Position numbers and translations under genes: made by a program. A DNA stretch of 63,784 bases, counting the filler, from Chiloscyllium plagiosum (taxonomy: Eukaryota): assembly GCF_004010195.1 (NCBI RefSeq). It is 4 parts of one record of this genome, joined end to end, with 100 filler letters (N's around TTAATTAATTAA, not from the genome) between each part and the next. Parts side by side here need not be neighbours in the genome. Positions count along the whole stretch, not along the records: positions 1 to 27,217 come from NC_057715.1; 3 more parts are not named here. The stretch is one strand, 5' to 3'. Shown in pieces: positions 12,392-24,747 of the stretch. The notes under the pieces were generated by a model. That model was not told the origin of the DNA. It did not search any database and saw nothing but the letters and a program-made list of their open reading frames with translations. Numbering within the stretch: position 1 is the stretch's first letter; every line of letters begins with the position of its first letter.

Positions 12392-13362
12392 ATTTTAAGT
12401 GCTCAGCAAGTGTACCAATGCTAGTAGTATGAGTTAGTCAGTGGTGTTCAAGGAGTGGTAGCAGTAACTTATGACCTGCTGGGCTATGGATATAGAAAGA
12501 GTCATCAAAGATCACAAACAGAACTCATCTTCCAGGTCTGTACTATCTGGAGAATCAAAATCTTGCTGTAGATCTGCCACATCCCCAAGTACGTATCTAA
12601 CTTGCTGTTGTGAATACTGCAAACTATGGGGGTTCATCTTTAATATTCAACACTCCTGCTCCTTTGTCTCTCCCTCTGCATCAGCCATACTCAATAAAAT
12701 TAGCTCAGGTGAGTTCCTTTATAGTTTCTCGACCATGTCCTGCATCCCCAACCACTTGCCATTGGTATACTTTCTGAGTACTCATTTCATAATGATTTCT
12801 GCAAATACTGATTTCTATAATGTTTGACCCTCACTGTGCCTAATTGACTTCTTTCTGTTGCATACCATGTTTTTTTTTCCCACACTTTCGCGGTTTCTGC
12901 TCTTCCTGTAATTCGGTGCCTAGTTGAGCCTTGAAGTCTATTGCACACTGGCCCCTTCACCATGGAGCGCAACTCAGGGACTGTATTCACCTTTGTATTC
13001 ATATCCATCATCTGCCCTTATGGTTTCTTACTGTAATACAGTATTGTCACTGGGTATCACTTTGGGCTTTTATGACCACTTGCATCAGGTTCTGTGGTTT
13101 GTTCACCATTACTATAAGGTAGTACCACAAAGTTCACACTCTTGCAGCTGAACAGCAACAGTTTTATTGAACATAACAATTTACTGATGATGCTGTGCAA
13201 GGTAATAATAAGTGGAGCCCTACAAACTTTGGCTCCAGTTCTACGTGATCTGATGTCTCTATGATGAAGTTTCTTTTGTATATTTTGCATGAAATATAAT
13301 TACCTTTAGTCTATATCTATTGACAATGTAAATGATTCGATACAGGATTTGTTTCCCAGTGG

Positions 13363-14791
13363 AGCATATCAAACACTTTCTTCACTATCCTACCTACCTG
13401 CAAGTCCTTTTTCAAGGAGCTATGGACCTGCACTCCAAGATCTCTTTGTTCAGCAACACTCCCTAGGACCTTACCATTAAGTGTATAAGTCCTGCTAAGA
13501 TTTGCTTTCCTAAAATGCAGCACCTCGCATTTATCTAAATTAAACTCCACCTGCCACTTCTTAGCCCATTGGCCCATCTGATCAATGTCCTGTTGTAATC
13601 TGAGGTAGCTTTCTTCACTGTCCACTACACCTCCAATTTTGGTGTAATCTGCAAACTTACTAACTATACCTCATGTGCTCACATCCAAATCATTTATATA
13701 AATGATGAAAAGTAGTGGACCCAGCACCGATCCTTGTGGCACTCCACTGGTCACAGGCCTCCAGTCTGAAAAACAACCCTCCACCACCACCCTCTGTCTG
13801 GATCCAAATGGCTAGTTCTCTCTGTATTCTGTGAGACCTAAACTTGCTAACCAGTCTCCCATGGGGAACATTGTCGAACGCCTTACTGAAGTCCATATAG
13901 AACATGTCCACTGCTCTGCCCTCACCAATCCTCTTTATTACTTCTTCAAAAATCTCAATCAATTTTGTGAGACATGATTTTCCATGCACAAAGCCATGTT
14001 GACTATCACTAATCAGTCCTTTCCTTTCCAAATACATGTACATTCTGTCCCTCAAGATTCCCTCCAACAACTTGACCACCACCGACATCAGGCTCACTGA
14101 TCTTTAGTTCTCTGGCTTGCCCTTACCACCCTTCTTAAACAGCGGCACCATATTAGCCAACCTCCAGTCTTCCGGCACCTCACCTGTGACTATCAATAAT
14201 ACAAATATCTCAGCAAGGGGCCCAGCAATCACTTCCCTAGCTTTCCACAGAGTTCGAGGGTACACCTGATCAGGTCCTGAGATTAATGCACTTGTATGTG
14301 TTTCAAGAAATCCAGCACTTCCTCTCTCTGTAATATGGACATTTTTCAAGATGTCATCATCAATGTCCCTACATTCTATATCTCCCATGTCCTTCTCCAC
14401 AGGAAACATGGATGGAAAATATTCATTTAGTATCTCCCCTATCTCCTGCGACTCCACACAAAGGCCGCCTTGCTGATCTTTGAGGGGCCCTATTCTCTCC
14501 CGAGTTACCCTTTTGTCCTTAATGTATTTGTAAAAACCCTTTGGATTTTCCTTAACCCTATTTGCCAAACCTAATTCATGCCACCTTTTTGCCCTCCTGC
14601 TTTCCCTCTTAAGTATACTCCTACTGCCTTTATACTCTTCTAAGGATTCACTCGATCTATCCAGTCTATACCTGACATATGCTTCCTTCTTTTTCTTAAC
14701 CAAACCCTCAATTTCTTTAGTCATCCAGCATTCCCTATACCTACCAGCCTTTCCTTTCACCCTTACAGGAATATACTATCCCTGGACTCTC
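13363..14791 (-). mobile_element. CR1 LINE, inverted 5' segment of a 5'-inverted insertion
   Basis: ORF2 fragments GPDQVYPRTL, VPEDWRLANMVPLFKKG, QHGFVHGKSC, DFSKAFD; ends at KKVFDML. Confidence 0.93.
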
Positions 14792-14793
14792 TT

Positions 14794-15400
14794 TTGCGTA
14801 CAGGAGTTGGGAAGTCCTGTTGCGTCTGTACAGGGCATTGGTTCAGTCACTTTTGATATATTGCATGGAACTCTGGTCTCTTTCCTATTGGAATGATGTT
14901 GCGAAACTTGAAAGGGTTCAGAAAAGATTTACAAGAATGTTGCCAAGGTTGGAGGGTTTGAGCTATAGGGAAAGGTTAAACAGGCTAGGGCTGTTTTCCC
15001 TGGAGCGTAGGAGGCTGAGGGGTGACCTTTTAGAGGTTTGTAAAATCATGAGGGGCATGGATAGGATAAATAGGTGAAGTCTCTTCCCTGGGGTGAGGGA
15101 GTCAAGAACTAGAAGACATAGGGTGAGAGGGGAAAGGTATATAAGAGACCTAAGGGGCAACTTTTTCATGCAGAGGATGATATGTGTATGGAATGAGCTG
15201 TCAGAAGAAGTGGTGGAGGTTGGTACAATTCCGACATTTAAAAGGCATCTGAATGGGTATATGAATAGGAAGGGTTTGGAGGGATATGGGCTAGGTGCTG
15301 GCAGGTGGGACTAGATTGGGTTAGGTTATCTGGTCAGCATGGATGAGCTGGGCTGAACAGTCTGTTTCTGTGCTGTACATCTCTGTGACTCTCTGACTCT
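14794..15400 (+). mobile_element. CR1 LINE 3' segment (non-inverted)
   Basis: Starts YRSWEVLLRLY, continues LERVQKRFTRMLP...RRRLRGDL, then 3' UTR and GACTCTCT tail. Confidence 0.93.
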
Positions 15401-16694
15401 AACTGTTATGCACACTCTTTTAAATTTATAAGTCTACAGCTTTCAACATGACAATCCATTGGGGAATAGCAAGAATGTAAGCAGATCTAAATTCTCTGAG
15501 GTTTGTAGAACACATTGCTATATATTATACTTGGACCGTTCTTCACTGATGCCTGGTCTTGCTACTCTTATGAATGGAAAGTATATACTTATGATGTTTT
15601 TCAGTCTGAGTCAGATGCTTTGAATAAGATTTAGTATATTTTTTCACACATGACACGACATGACACACATCATACAGCTCCAATAACTTCAGGCTAGATC
15701 AAATTTAGTTTTGCATACCACAATATCTCCTGACTTTTAACCAAACTCTGCTTCAATTAAAGCCATTTTTATAGTCTGTTTTTCCTATTGGGAAAACACA
15801 AATGCTTCTCAGGTCCTCCGTCCCCTTGCCCCAGGCTGATTTTCATGCCTATTGATACTATCTATTTTCTGCACAGAGGTCTGGTACCACAGCTTTTTTA
15901 AAATCCTCTTTCATGAAATGCATGTCCACCCATTGTGGCATTTCGTCCGTTTATTGAAAATGTCCATGAAATGTTTTGCATTATATCTGAATGTTACATT
16001 AACTATCGGAGGACTAACACTATGGCCTCAGGATTCTCATTGCCTGCAAGGGACGGCTTTTAAATTTGAAGCAGCACTAAGCAGAACTGTGACAAATACT
16101 GACTTATTCGCCTTTCATGTACATTCACCTCCTGCTGATTAACCAAGAATGGAGCATTTGTGTTTCAGAAAGAGTTCTCTTCACTTCCAACTCTCCTTTA
16201 ATCCTATTGTCAAATACTTCTGTCTCATCTCATAATCTGATAAAATATCGCCTCCTGTTAGCACATGATGTACTGTTTCATGTAAAAGGTTGCCTGCAGT
16301 GAGATGACTATCCACTATGAAAGGTAGATAAAAAAGTAAAAATTGCCAAGCCTTATAAAGTTAGAAAAAACAACTTTTGGTAGCATGCTCTGTGCATAAT
16401 ATCTTTTGATTTCAACTGAATACACAGCGGTGAAGTTGCATATTTAGAGCCGACATACCACAAAAATCACACTGAAACTGTAGTAAAATTGTAGTCAAAA
16501 AAAGAATGGAATGTAGCAGGGAACATTTTCAAACTAGCAGCCTAATAAGTGATCCTATGGTTTAGATATGAATAACTTATGATCATTGATTTTGTAAATA
16601 AAAGAGATTCATTTTGAACTTATCCCTAATCATCATCCAATCATGTGTCTTTAAGGATGTTTATCTTCTGTGGTGGGGCAAAGCCCTCTTCTCT

Positions 16695-17215
16695 TTTTTA
16701 ATTCACTCATAATACACAGGTTCCGCTGGCTGGGTCAGCATTTATTGCTTGCTCCGAATTGTCCTTGAGAAGCTGGTAGCGAGCTGCTCCCTTGAACTGC
16801 TACAGTACATATGCTGTCTGTCAAGCCACAATGCCATTAGGGAAGGATTTCCAGGATTTTGACCAAGTGATAGTGAATATGTTTGTGAGTTACGCTCGTG
16901 AGTGGTTTGGAGGGGAATATGCAGGTAGGACTGCTCACATGTGTCTGCTGCTCATGTCTGACAATTTGGAACTGATCATGGTTTTAAAAGGTTGTATGTA
17001 GGGACCCTCGATGAATTTTTGCAGCGCATCTTGTAGATAGTACACACTGCTGTTTCTGAGCATTGGTGAGGAGTGAGGTGATATTCTTGGTTGTGGTGTA
17101 ATTAAGTGGGTAGCTTTGTCCTGGATGATGACAAGCTTATTGAGGGTGTTTGAAGTTGGACTCATCCAAGCAAGTGGAGGGTATTCCATCACACTCCCAC
17201 TTTGTAGGAGTCAGG
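16695..17215 (-). mobile_element. CR1/L2-group LINE 3' fragment (continues at 18225-18660)
   Basis: MEYPPLAWMS...IQDKATHLI resembles an RT C-terminus; homologous to 24748-25500. Confidence 0.6.
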
Positions 17216-17261
17216 AGTGTTTAAACAATTACAGTATTTCTGAGGGGTGACACATTAACAC

Positions 17262-18150
17262 AATGGCTAGCACTGCTTCCTCACAGTGGCAGGGACCTGG
17301 GTTTGATTCCAGCTTTGGGCAGCTATCTGGGTGGAGTTTGCACATTCTCCCTGTGTCTGTGGATGTTTCCTGTGGGTTCTTCGGCTTCCTCCCACAGTGG
17401 AAAACGTGAGGACTGCAGATGCTGGAGATCAGAGCTGAAAAATGTGTTGCTGGAAAAGCGCAGCAGGTCAGGCAGCATCCAAGGAGCAGGAGAATCGACA
17501 TTTCGGGCATAAGCCCTTCTTCAGGAATGAGGAAGGTGTGCCAAGCAGGCTAAGATAAAAATAATATCTTTTAATTTCAACTGACTATACAGTGGTGAAG
17601 TTGCATATTTAGAGCCTACATATTACAAAAATCACACTGAAACTGTAGTAAAAGTGTAGTCAAAAAAAGAATGGAATGCAGCAGGGAACATTTTCAAACT
17701 AGCAGCCTAATAAGTGATCCTATGGTTTAGATATGAATAACTTACGATCTTTGATTTTGTAAATAAAAGAGATTCATTTTGAACTTATCCCTAATCATCA
17801 TCCATTCATGTGTCTGTAAAGATGTTTATCTCTTGTGGTGGGGCAAAGCCCTCCCCTATAAAAATCCAAACAGACCCCACCACCAAGGATATATTTCCCT
17901 CCCCTCCCCTATAAAGCTCACTACCTTTTATCTTAACCTGCTTGGCACACTTTCCTCATTCCTGAAGAAGGGCTTATGCCCAAAACGTCGATTCTCCTGC
18001 TCCTTGAATGCTGCCTGACCTGCTGCATCACATTTTCCAGCAACACATTTTTCAGCTTCCTCCCACAGTCCAAACATGTGCAAACTGGATGGATTAGCCA
18101 CAGTAAATGGGGAGTTGCAGTGAGAGGTTATGGGGCTAGATCTGTGACTT
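17262..18150 (+). mobile_element. HE1-like tRNA-derived SINE split by a PLE insertion
   Basis: tRNA-like head (...AGCACTGCTTCCTCACAG...GGGTTTGATTCC) and V-core GGAGTTTGCACATTCTCCC; resumes at 18055 after duplicated GCTTCCTCCCACAGT. Confidence 0.85.
17399..18054. mobile_element. Composite PLE insertion: inverted pLTR arms enclosing captured local DNA
   Basis: Minus pLTR 17399-17560; copy of 16396-16688 at 17561-17853; PLE ORF snippet plus plus-strand pLTR 17854-18054; 15-bp TSD 17384-17398 / 18055-18069. Confidence 0.9.
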
Positions 18151-19019
18151 TGAAGAATCGGTGAGGACTCATTAGGCTGAATTGTCTGCTTTCACACTAT
18201 AGGGATCCTATGAGCTTATGTAGTTAGTCCAGTCAGCGCCTGGTTAATGATAACACCAAGATCTTGATAGTAAAGACTTCAGTGACAGTAAATCCAATGA
18301 AATTCAAGGGGTATAGTTAGAATGTGAATTATTGAAGATGGTTATTGCTGGTATTTGTGTGGTATGAATGTTACTTGTCACATTCCAGCCCATGCCTGGG
18401 TATTGTCCAGTTCTTGCTGCATCTAGACATTGACAGCTGTTGTATCTAATGAGTCACAAGTGGCACAGAACATTGTGCAATCATCAGCAAACATTCCCAC
18501 CACTGGCCTTATGATAGAGGCAATATTATTGAAGAAGGAGCTAATGGTGGTTGAGCCTAGAACATTACTCTGAGGAACTCCAGCAAAAATGCCCTGGAGC
18601 TGAAACGACTGACCTTCAGAAAATAATGATCACCTTCCTACGTGTCAGGAATAAGCCCAACCTTCTGCAGCATATCCATTCTTGGATTTAGTGGTGTACT
18701 ATAATTAGGATTGAGTCCTTCTGGATATATCGGCCATGATGTGTAAATCCAGCCAAATTAATGCATTATCATCAACAGCAGACAGATCCTATTGACAAGC
18801 CAATGTTTTAATCAGTGTGTATGATTCAGTGGCATTGGAGATGGTTTGTGTTTGCAAATCCAAATGCTTTATTGCTAATGTTCCTCAATACTTGGGGCAG
18901 AATCTTCCAGTCCTCGAGGTAGTGGGCCTAGAATTAAAGGCAATATATTTTGGAGCACCAAAATCCTATTACCTCACCTAACTTCCATCAAACTAAAGTC
19001 TGGAAGGTTCATATGCACT

Positions 19020-19560
19020 TAAAAGATTTCAAAGTAATCAGTTGGAGCCAGCCTGGTTTTTGCCTAAGGGAAAACATGTTTAACCAATTTATTGGAATTA
19101 TTTGGAGGAGAAATTATTTGAAGTGTGCGAATGACACAAATATAGGTGGGAAGGCAAGGTGCAGAGGGATAGAGGCAGATTAAACGAGTGGATAAAGAGT
19201 TCGCAGATGAAGTATAATGTAGGAAAATATGAGGTTGTACTCATTGGCAGGAGGAATAGAGGAGCTGAATATTATTTAAATGGAGAAAGGTTGCAGAAAT
19301 CTACGTAACTGAAGGGCTTGGGTGTTCTCATGCATCAATCATAAAAAGCTAGTATCCGAGTGTGTAATAGTGAAGGCAAATGGAATGCTGGCCTCTACTT
19401 CAAAGGAAATGGAGTATAAAAGTAGTGATGATTTGTTAAAACTATACAAGTCACTCGACAGATCACGAATATTGTGAACAGTTCTGGCCTTTTATCTAAG
19501 GAAAGATATATTGCAGAAAATAGTCCAGAGAAGTTTCACTCTGCTGATACCAGGTATTGC
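19020..19560 (+). mobile_element. Old CR1 LINE fragment
   Basis: Decayed ANDTNIGG, QMKYNVGKYEV and KANGMLA motifs. Confidence 0.7.
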
Positions 19561-19738
19561 GAGTTATAGGTTTTAGGTTATCTTTACTAACTCACTCACC
19601 AGCTCACTATATTCATTAAAACCAGGTTCCTGTTCATTCATTTATAACCCTTTACTAACCCATTATTTACAATAACATGGTTTCATTCATTCATTCATAA
19701 AACCATGGTTTTGTAATAAATTTTTCTATCATAAGCTA

Positions 19739-19909
19739 AGTTAAAAATTACACAACACCAGGTTAGAGTCCAAGAGGTTTATTTAGGTAGCTGATGAAGG
19801 AGCAGCACTCCAAAAGCTAGTACTTCCAAATAAATTTGTTGGAATATAATCTGGTGTTGTGTAATTTTTAACTTGTCAACCCCAGTCCAACACTAGCACC
19901 TCCACATCA
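19739..19909. mobile_element. Palindromic PLE pLTR insertion (second family) with decayed hammerhead
   Basis: AAGTTAAAAATTACACAACACCAG is inverted at ~19852-19874; CTGATGA-AGGAG-CAGCA-CTCC-AAAAGCTA at 19791-19819; flanks TATCATAAG(C/A)TA at 19727-19738 / 19910-19921. Confidence 0.7.
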
Positions 19910-20804
19910 TATCATAAGATAGATCAAATTAAATCAACCCTTTCTGATTAATACAGCCCTTTTATTCATTACTGCTTTTTTCACACCTTCAATTCTTACC
20001 AGCCTTTACTACAAGTGTTTAGGCCTAGCCACCTCTGTATAGGTGTCAATATCGTAAAGAATACCATCTGCATCAAATCCTGACAGAACGGTATAATATT
20101 AATAAGCCCTTACTAACCATCTGCAGGACTTGAATGGATTACAGAACACTAAACAGTTTCCCCAATTAGCACATACTTGTTAAAATACCTTTTAACTGGG
20201 TCATTGTCCCTTCAAGAAACTAACTGGCAAAACAGCGCTTATGTGAAAGTGCAAGAATGAAATTTATACCAGCAAATAGTAAACAAATCTCACAACATAG
20301 CTGTGGTAAACTGTTTAATATCTTTTCTTCTTTTATTAAGTAAAGATACAATTTCTAACTTATTTAGAGCATATAGGTCTAGTATTTTTACAAACATTTA
20401 CCACATTAAAAGACAAAAGGACTAACACCTCTAAATTATGCAAGCAGACCAGACAGACACTCTTATTCCTATCAGGAGTAGTAACCAGCACTTAGCACAT
20501 GTTTTAACCCATTTCCTATCTCCCAGGACAGAAGCCCCTCAAATCTTTGTATGCTGTAGATAAAAAAAAGTAACACCATAGTAACGTAATTTTAATATAT
20601 GTAAAACTTGTGTATAAAGGGGTTCTGGTAAGAACTCTATTTTGGGATTTTATTGCTGCCTCAAACTGTGTGTGTGTGTAACTGTACAAGACAGGGTCTG
20701 CGTGAGTCTGTGAGTATGTAAAAGTGTGTGTGCTTGTGTGCGAGCGAAAGTGTACAGTGTAGTGTGGTCACCTGTAGTGTGACATGAACCCAAGGTCCCA
20801 GTTG

Positions 20805-21120
20805 ATCAGATTACTTACAGTGCAGAAACAGGCCCTTTGGCCCAACAAGTCCACACCGACCCTCCGAAAAGCAACCCCATCCAGACCCATTCTCCTACAT
20901 TTACCACTTCACCTAACACTACGGGCAATTTAACATGGTCAATTCATCTAACCTGCACATTTTTGGACTGTGGGAGGAAACCGGAGCACCCGGAGGAAAC
21001 CCACACAGACACGGGGAGAATGTGCAAACTCCACACAGACAGTTGCCTGAGGCGGGAATTGAACCTGGGTCTCTGGCACTGTGAGGCAGCAGTGCTAACC
21101 ACTGAGCCTCCATGCCGCCC
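20805..21120 (-). mobile_element. HE1-like SINE, near full length
   Basis: Minus strand GGGCGGCATGG...CAGTGGTTAGCACTGCTGCCTCACAG...GGTTCAATTCCC (pol III A/B boxes), V-core and CR1-like 3' tail. Confidence 0.9.
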
Positions 21121-21194
21121 GAGATGCTGAAGCAAAAACATACCTGACCTCATCCTCAATAATATGCCCACCACAGATGCATCTGCCCATGGGA

Positions 21195-21480
21195 GAGCAT
21201 AGAAACAGAGGGCATAATCTTAGACTATGGGGTGGCACAAATAAGACAATGATGAGGAAAAGTTTCTTCTTTCAGAGAGTCATGAATCTGTGGAATTTTC
21301 TTTACCACAGAGGGATGTAGAGGTTGAGTCATTCAGTATATTCAAGGCTGCGATAGGCAGACTTTGTATCAGAAACGGAATCAAAGGTTATTGGGAAAAT
21401 GTTGGAAACTAATTTGAGGATTATTTGGTCAGCCATAATCTCATTAAATTGCGGAACAGACTTGATGGGTTGAATGGTTA
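21195..21480 (+). mobile_element. Old CR1 3' fragment
   Basis: CAGAGAGTCATGAATCTGTGGAATT...TTCAAGGCTG-type CR1 3' end sequence. Confidence 0.6.
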
Positions 21481-22020
21481 GTTTGGAGGGACTTAGGTGT
21501 TTAGGTGCTTGAATCACAAAGGATTATATGCAGATACAGCACATAATTAAGAAGATGATTGGAATGGAAATATTATCCTTTATGCTATCCTACATATTGT
21601 GTAGAGTTTTGATCTTGTTATTTAAGGAAGGATGTAAACTCATTGGAGGCAGCTGAGCTTTACTTGATTGATATCAATAAAGAGTTGATTGTCTTTTTGT
21701 TGTCTTTCCATTCTCTTTTTGGAAATTGAACCACTGGATTTGAAGCATCAACATTATTTCTCTCTTCACAGATGTGGCCAAGCATTTGGAATTTCTCCAT
21801 CACTTTCTGTTTTTTATGGCAACTTTGTAAATTGTTGAGAAAATGTTGTTATAAATATAAATTATCAAGGAAAAGACAACAACTTTGATGTACTGGTTGG
21901 ACGTAAATTAAGGAGATTCAAATGGGAACAAGGAGAGTCACTTTGAGACAATGAATCAGGGTTTATCACCTTTAAGCCCTTCCTTAAGCTGTACTAGAAA
22001 GGAGGAAGAGTGTAAGCTGT

Positions 22021-22120
22021 AACAACAACAGAAATTGCTGGAAAAGCTCAGCAGATCTGGCAGCATCTGTGAAGAGACATCAGAGTTAATGTTTCAGGTC
22101 CAGTGGCCCTTCCACAGATC
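22021..22120 (-). mobile_element. PLE pLTR fragment with decayed hammerhead
   Basis: CAGAAATTGCTGGAAAAGCTCAGCAGATCTGGCAGCATC; minus strand CTGTGGA-AGGG...ACCT-GAAACATT. Confidence 0.55.
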
Positions 22121-22553
22121 TAGCATAAACTGTGTTTGACCTGGCTGTAGATTAACAATCTAAATGATGCATAAGGCAGATAAGGCTTACACGTCTGTAA
22201 GGCTTATATCTTAGTTCTACAATAATTTGGTGAGGAGTAAATTGATTCCTTCCTTTCACTACTCCACATTTCACTGTAATGGTTTTTCCAGGAAGACTAT
22301 GTTTGCCAATTCATTGAGCGTTTAGTTAGATGCTTAGTGTGACTGTGAAAGATACACATACAAGTGACCTTGTAAGCTTTCATAAATCAAACAGAACAGT
22401 TTATTAATGCAGACTTATAAAAATAATTTTAAAAATCTTACAGACTTCCTTCATACATGCACTCAATGTTCATGCACGTAGACAAGTTACATAGCGTTTT
22501 GCTTGATGGATCAAGCAGATCTTTCAGCGTATAAAAAAAAAGAAGTTTACACT

Positions 22554-23174
22554 TGTGATGATGCTACTTCTTTAACAAGGTTAGGTTGTCCTTAATCTTT
22601 TTCTGGAGGTCGTAAAGACAGAAGCTCTGAAATGTCTGGGTTGATCTACATGGGGAAGCTTTTAAGTTAAAAAAAAAACACTTGTACAATGAAAGGGAAT
22701 GGTGGCCAGTTCTCTAAGCTCAGCTTTTCTCTGGTTTGATTGGGTTTAGCAGTCTGGGTGTTCAGAGCAAGCAGTCAGTTTTGAGGCTGCTGATCAAAGA
22801 AACAGCTATGTGAAAGAAGGTGTTCCAAACTGAATCTCTCTGACATCTCTCCTGTAAGACCTTGTGTTTGATTTTAGCTTTTCGTCAAGGGGGTGTTTAT
22901 GGGGATATTATATGTATTTCGAACAGGATCATTAAGTTGCGATAGAGTTGACTGGGTTTTTAAGTAATTAAGTTATTCTATATTCTGTTCTCTTTTGTTT
23001 GTACTTCATTTGGTAATCTTGCAAATAATTTTTTTCTTGTTTAAAACTAAATGGTTTCACCAGTTGCATCACTCCTAGAATATCCACTATCCACCTGCTT
23101 AAGACAACTAGAAATGTTAGGGTCTGGGCTACTTTCGGGAAATGTTTTGAGGGGGTCTGGCCCTGTCCATAACA
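22554..23174 (+). mobile_element. Solo LTR of the Gmr1-like family
   Basis: TGTGATGATGC...TGTCCATAACA (TG...CA); reverse-complement homologue of 11809-12391; no clear TSD. Confidence 0.8.
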
Positions 23175-23657
23175 GATTGGTTGATGACTTGGATAGTTTC
23201 TGTCAAAGTTTGTAATTGCTTCAGGATTTGGCACTGAGAAGATTTAAGTATGCCAATTCACAAGGTATTTCTGTTCTTATAGAAGTTACCTCTGTTGTTG
23301 TTGCTACTGGTGGGTTCTTAAATCTATGAGTGAGGCAGTTAGAGGATAGATCAACGATGAGGGATCATATAGGTTAGATGGAGAAATAGCAAATATTCCA
23401 TAAATTTTGCTTCTTTGGTGTCTTTTCTGCTTCTATTATTGTGGTCTGGAGAAACAGGTTTTAAAGCACATTTAATGAGTTGGTTTGTCAAATGATACTA
23501 TCTCTGTAACAACTTAATTACCCAAATTTGGTCATGGCTAGTGAATCCCAAATCCATAGTTTACATAATTAGATTATAGCTGGATGAATTTCTTTCCCAA
23601 CCAGAGTTCATTTTCTGATGTGGTATATCTAATACTTTAATTCCACATAGTTGTGTA

Positions 23658-23865
23658 CAGTCAGTTCTGCTATAACACGCGTTTCTTCAAAGCGAGTTGC
23701 CTATAATGTGATTGAAGAATTTAGACCATTATTTGTAGAATGCAAACTTTTCTTACTTGTATTGCTATAACTCAATTCTGGTCCCATTGGTGCTGCTATT
23801 ACATGATTTTATTATAACCCGGATCACATGGGAATGGAGCTATCCCATTATATCCAACCAGACTA
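23658..23865. mobile_element. Tc1/mariner-pogo (Tigger-like) MITE
   Basis: TA-CAGTCAGTTCTGCTATAA ... TTATATCCAACCAGACTA-TA: degenerate TIRs with TA flanks. Confidence 0.45.
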
Positions 23866-24249
23866 TACACCAGGTGATTGCTTGGATCTTTTATGAATAG
23901 ACTAAGACATGACCAATTTCACTTCTTCAAAGTGATCGATTCTGAGGGAGATTTCATGGTCAGCTCCATTACAATGGCTTTGGAAGTTGTGATATATAGT
24001 CATGTGACTATTTGGCCATTTTCGAAACTGCTGTTTAAAGTCACTGGAATGCAGTTTCTATATTTCTACATAGATAGAAACATGTTTTGAGGGGGTCTGT
24101 CCTTGTCCATAACAGTTTGGACAAGGAATCTTCATAAGAGAAAGGGAAGATTCATACAAAGTATGAATTACATAAACTGTAATTTTCTTTTCTTTATTTT
24201 CTTAAAATCTTTAACTTTTTTTTAAAAATGGCTGCTCCAGATCTCATGA

Positions 24250-24432
24250 CTAAAAACAGAAATAGAAATTGTTGACAAATCTCAGAGTTCAAGTTTCAGA
24301 TCTGATGAAGAGTCTCTGACTTAAAACATTATCTCTGCTTTCTTCCCATAGACGTTGCCAGACCTGCTGAGCTTTGCCAGTGATTTCTGTTTTTATTTCA
24401 AATCTCCCCCATTTGCAGTTCTTTGTTTTATT
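24250..24432 (+). mobile_element. Old PLE pLTR with short inverted arm and decayed hammerhead
   Basis: CTGATGA-A-GAGTC-TCT-GACTT-AAAACATT at 24302-24330; AAAAACAGAAAT is inverted as ATTTCTGTTTTT. Confidence 0.55.
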
Positions 24433-24747
24433 CACTTGACCAATATTTTGGTCAAAGTTCTGGAAGCTTCTGACAATACATTGCTGAAGGACGGACCTAG
24501 ACAGTTCACTGTTTTGGAATTTATTACATGCGGTGAGGTGGATATACTGACCAACAGCTGGACAAAGAATGCTTAGACTCTGAGCCTGGCTAAAAAACAA
24601 AAGGGACATCTCAAACTTCTTTGTGTATGGAAAGATGCTAAAGCAACTATCCATCAACAGAGATCTGTTCAATATAGATCTGACCAGGAGGTGGAAACCC
24701 CCTCATGGATAGGAAAGGTTCATGAATGGCCACCAATTGTCTGTTTC

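Noticed and set aside
12470..13310. Possible RTE-like LINE relic or host exon
   Set aside because: Only vague coding-like composition; no motif could be identified with confidence
20805..21120. tRNA gene
   Set aside because: Only a tRNA-derived SINE head followed by V-core and LINE tail; no complete cloverleaf
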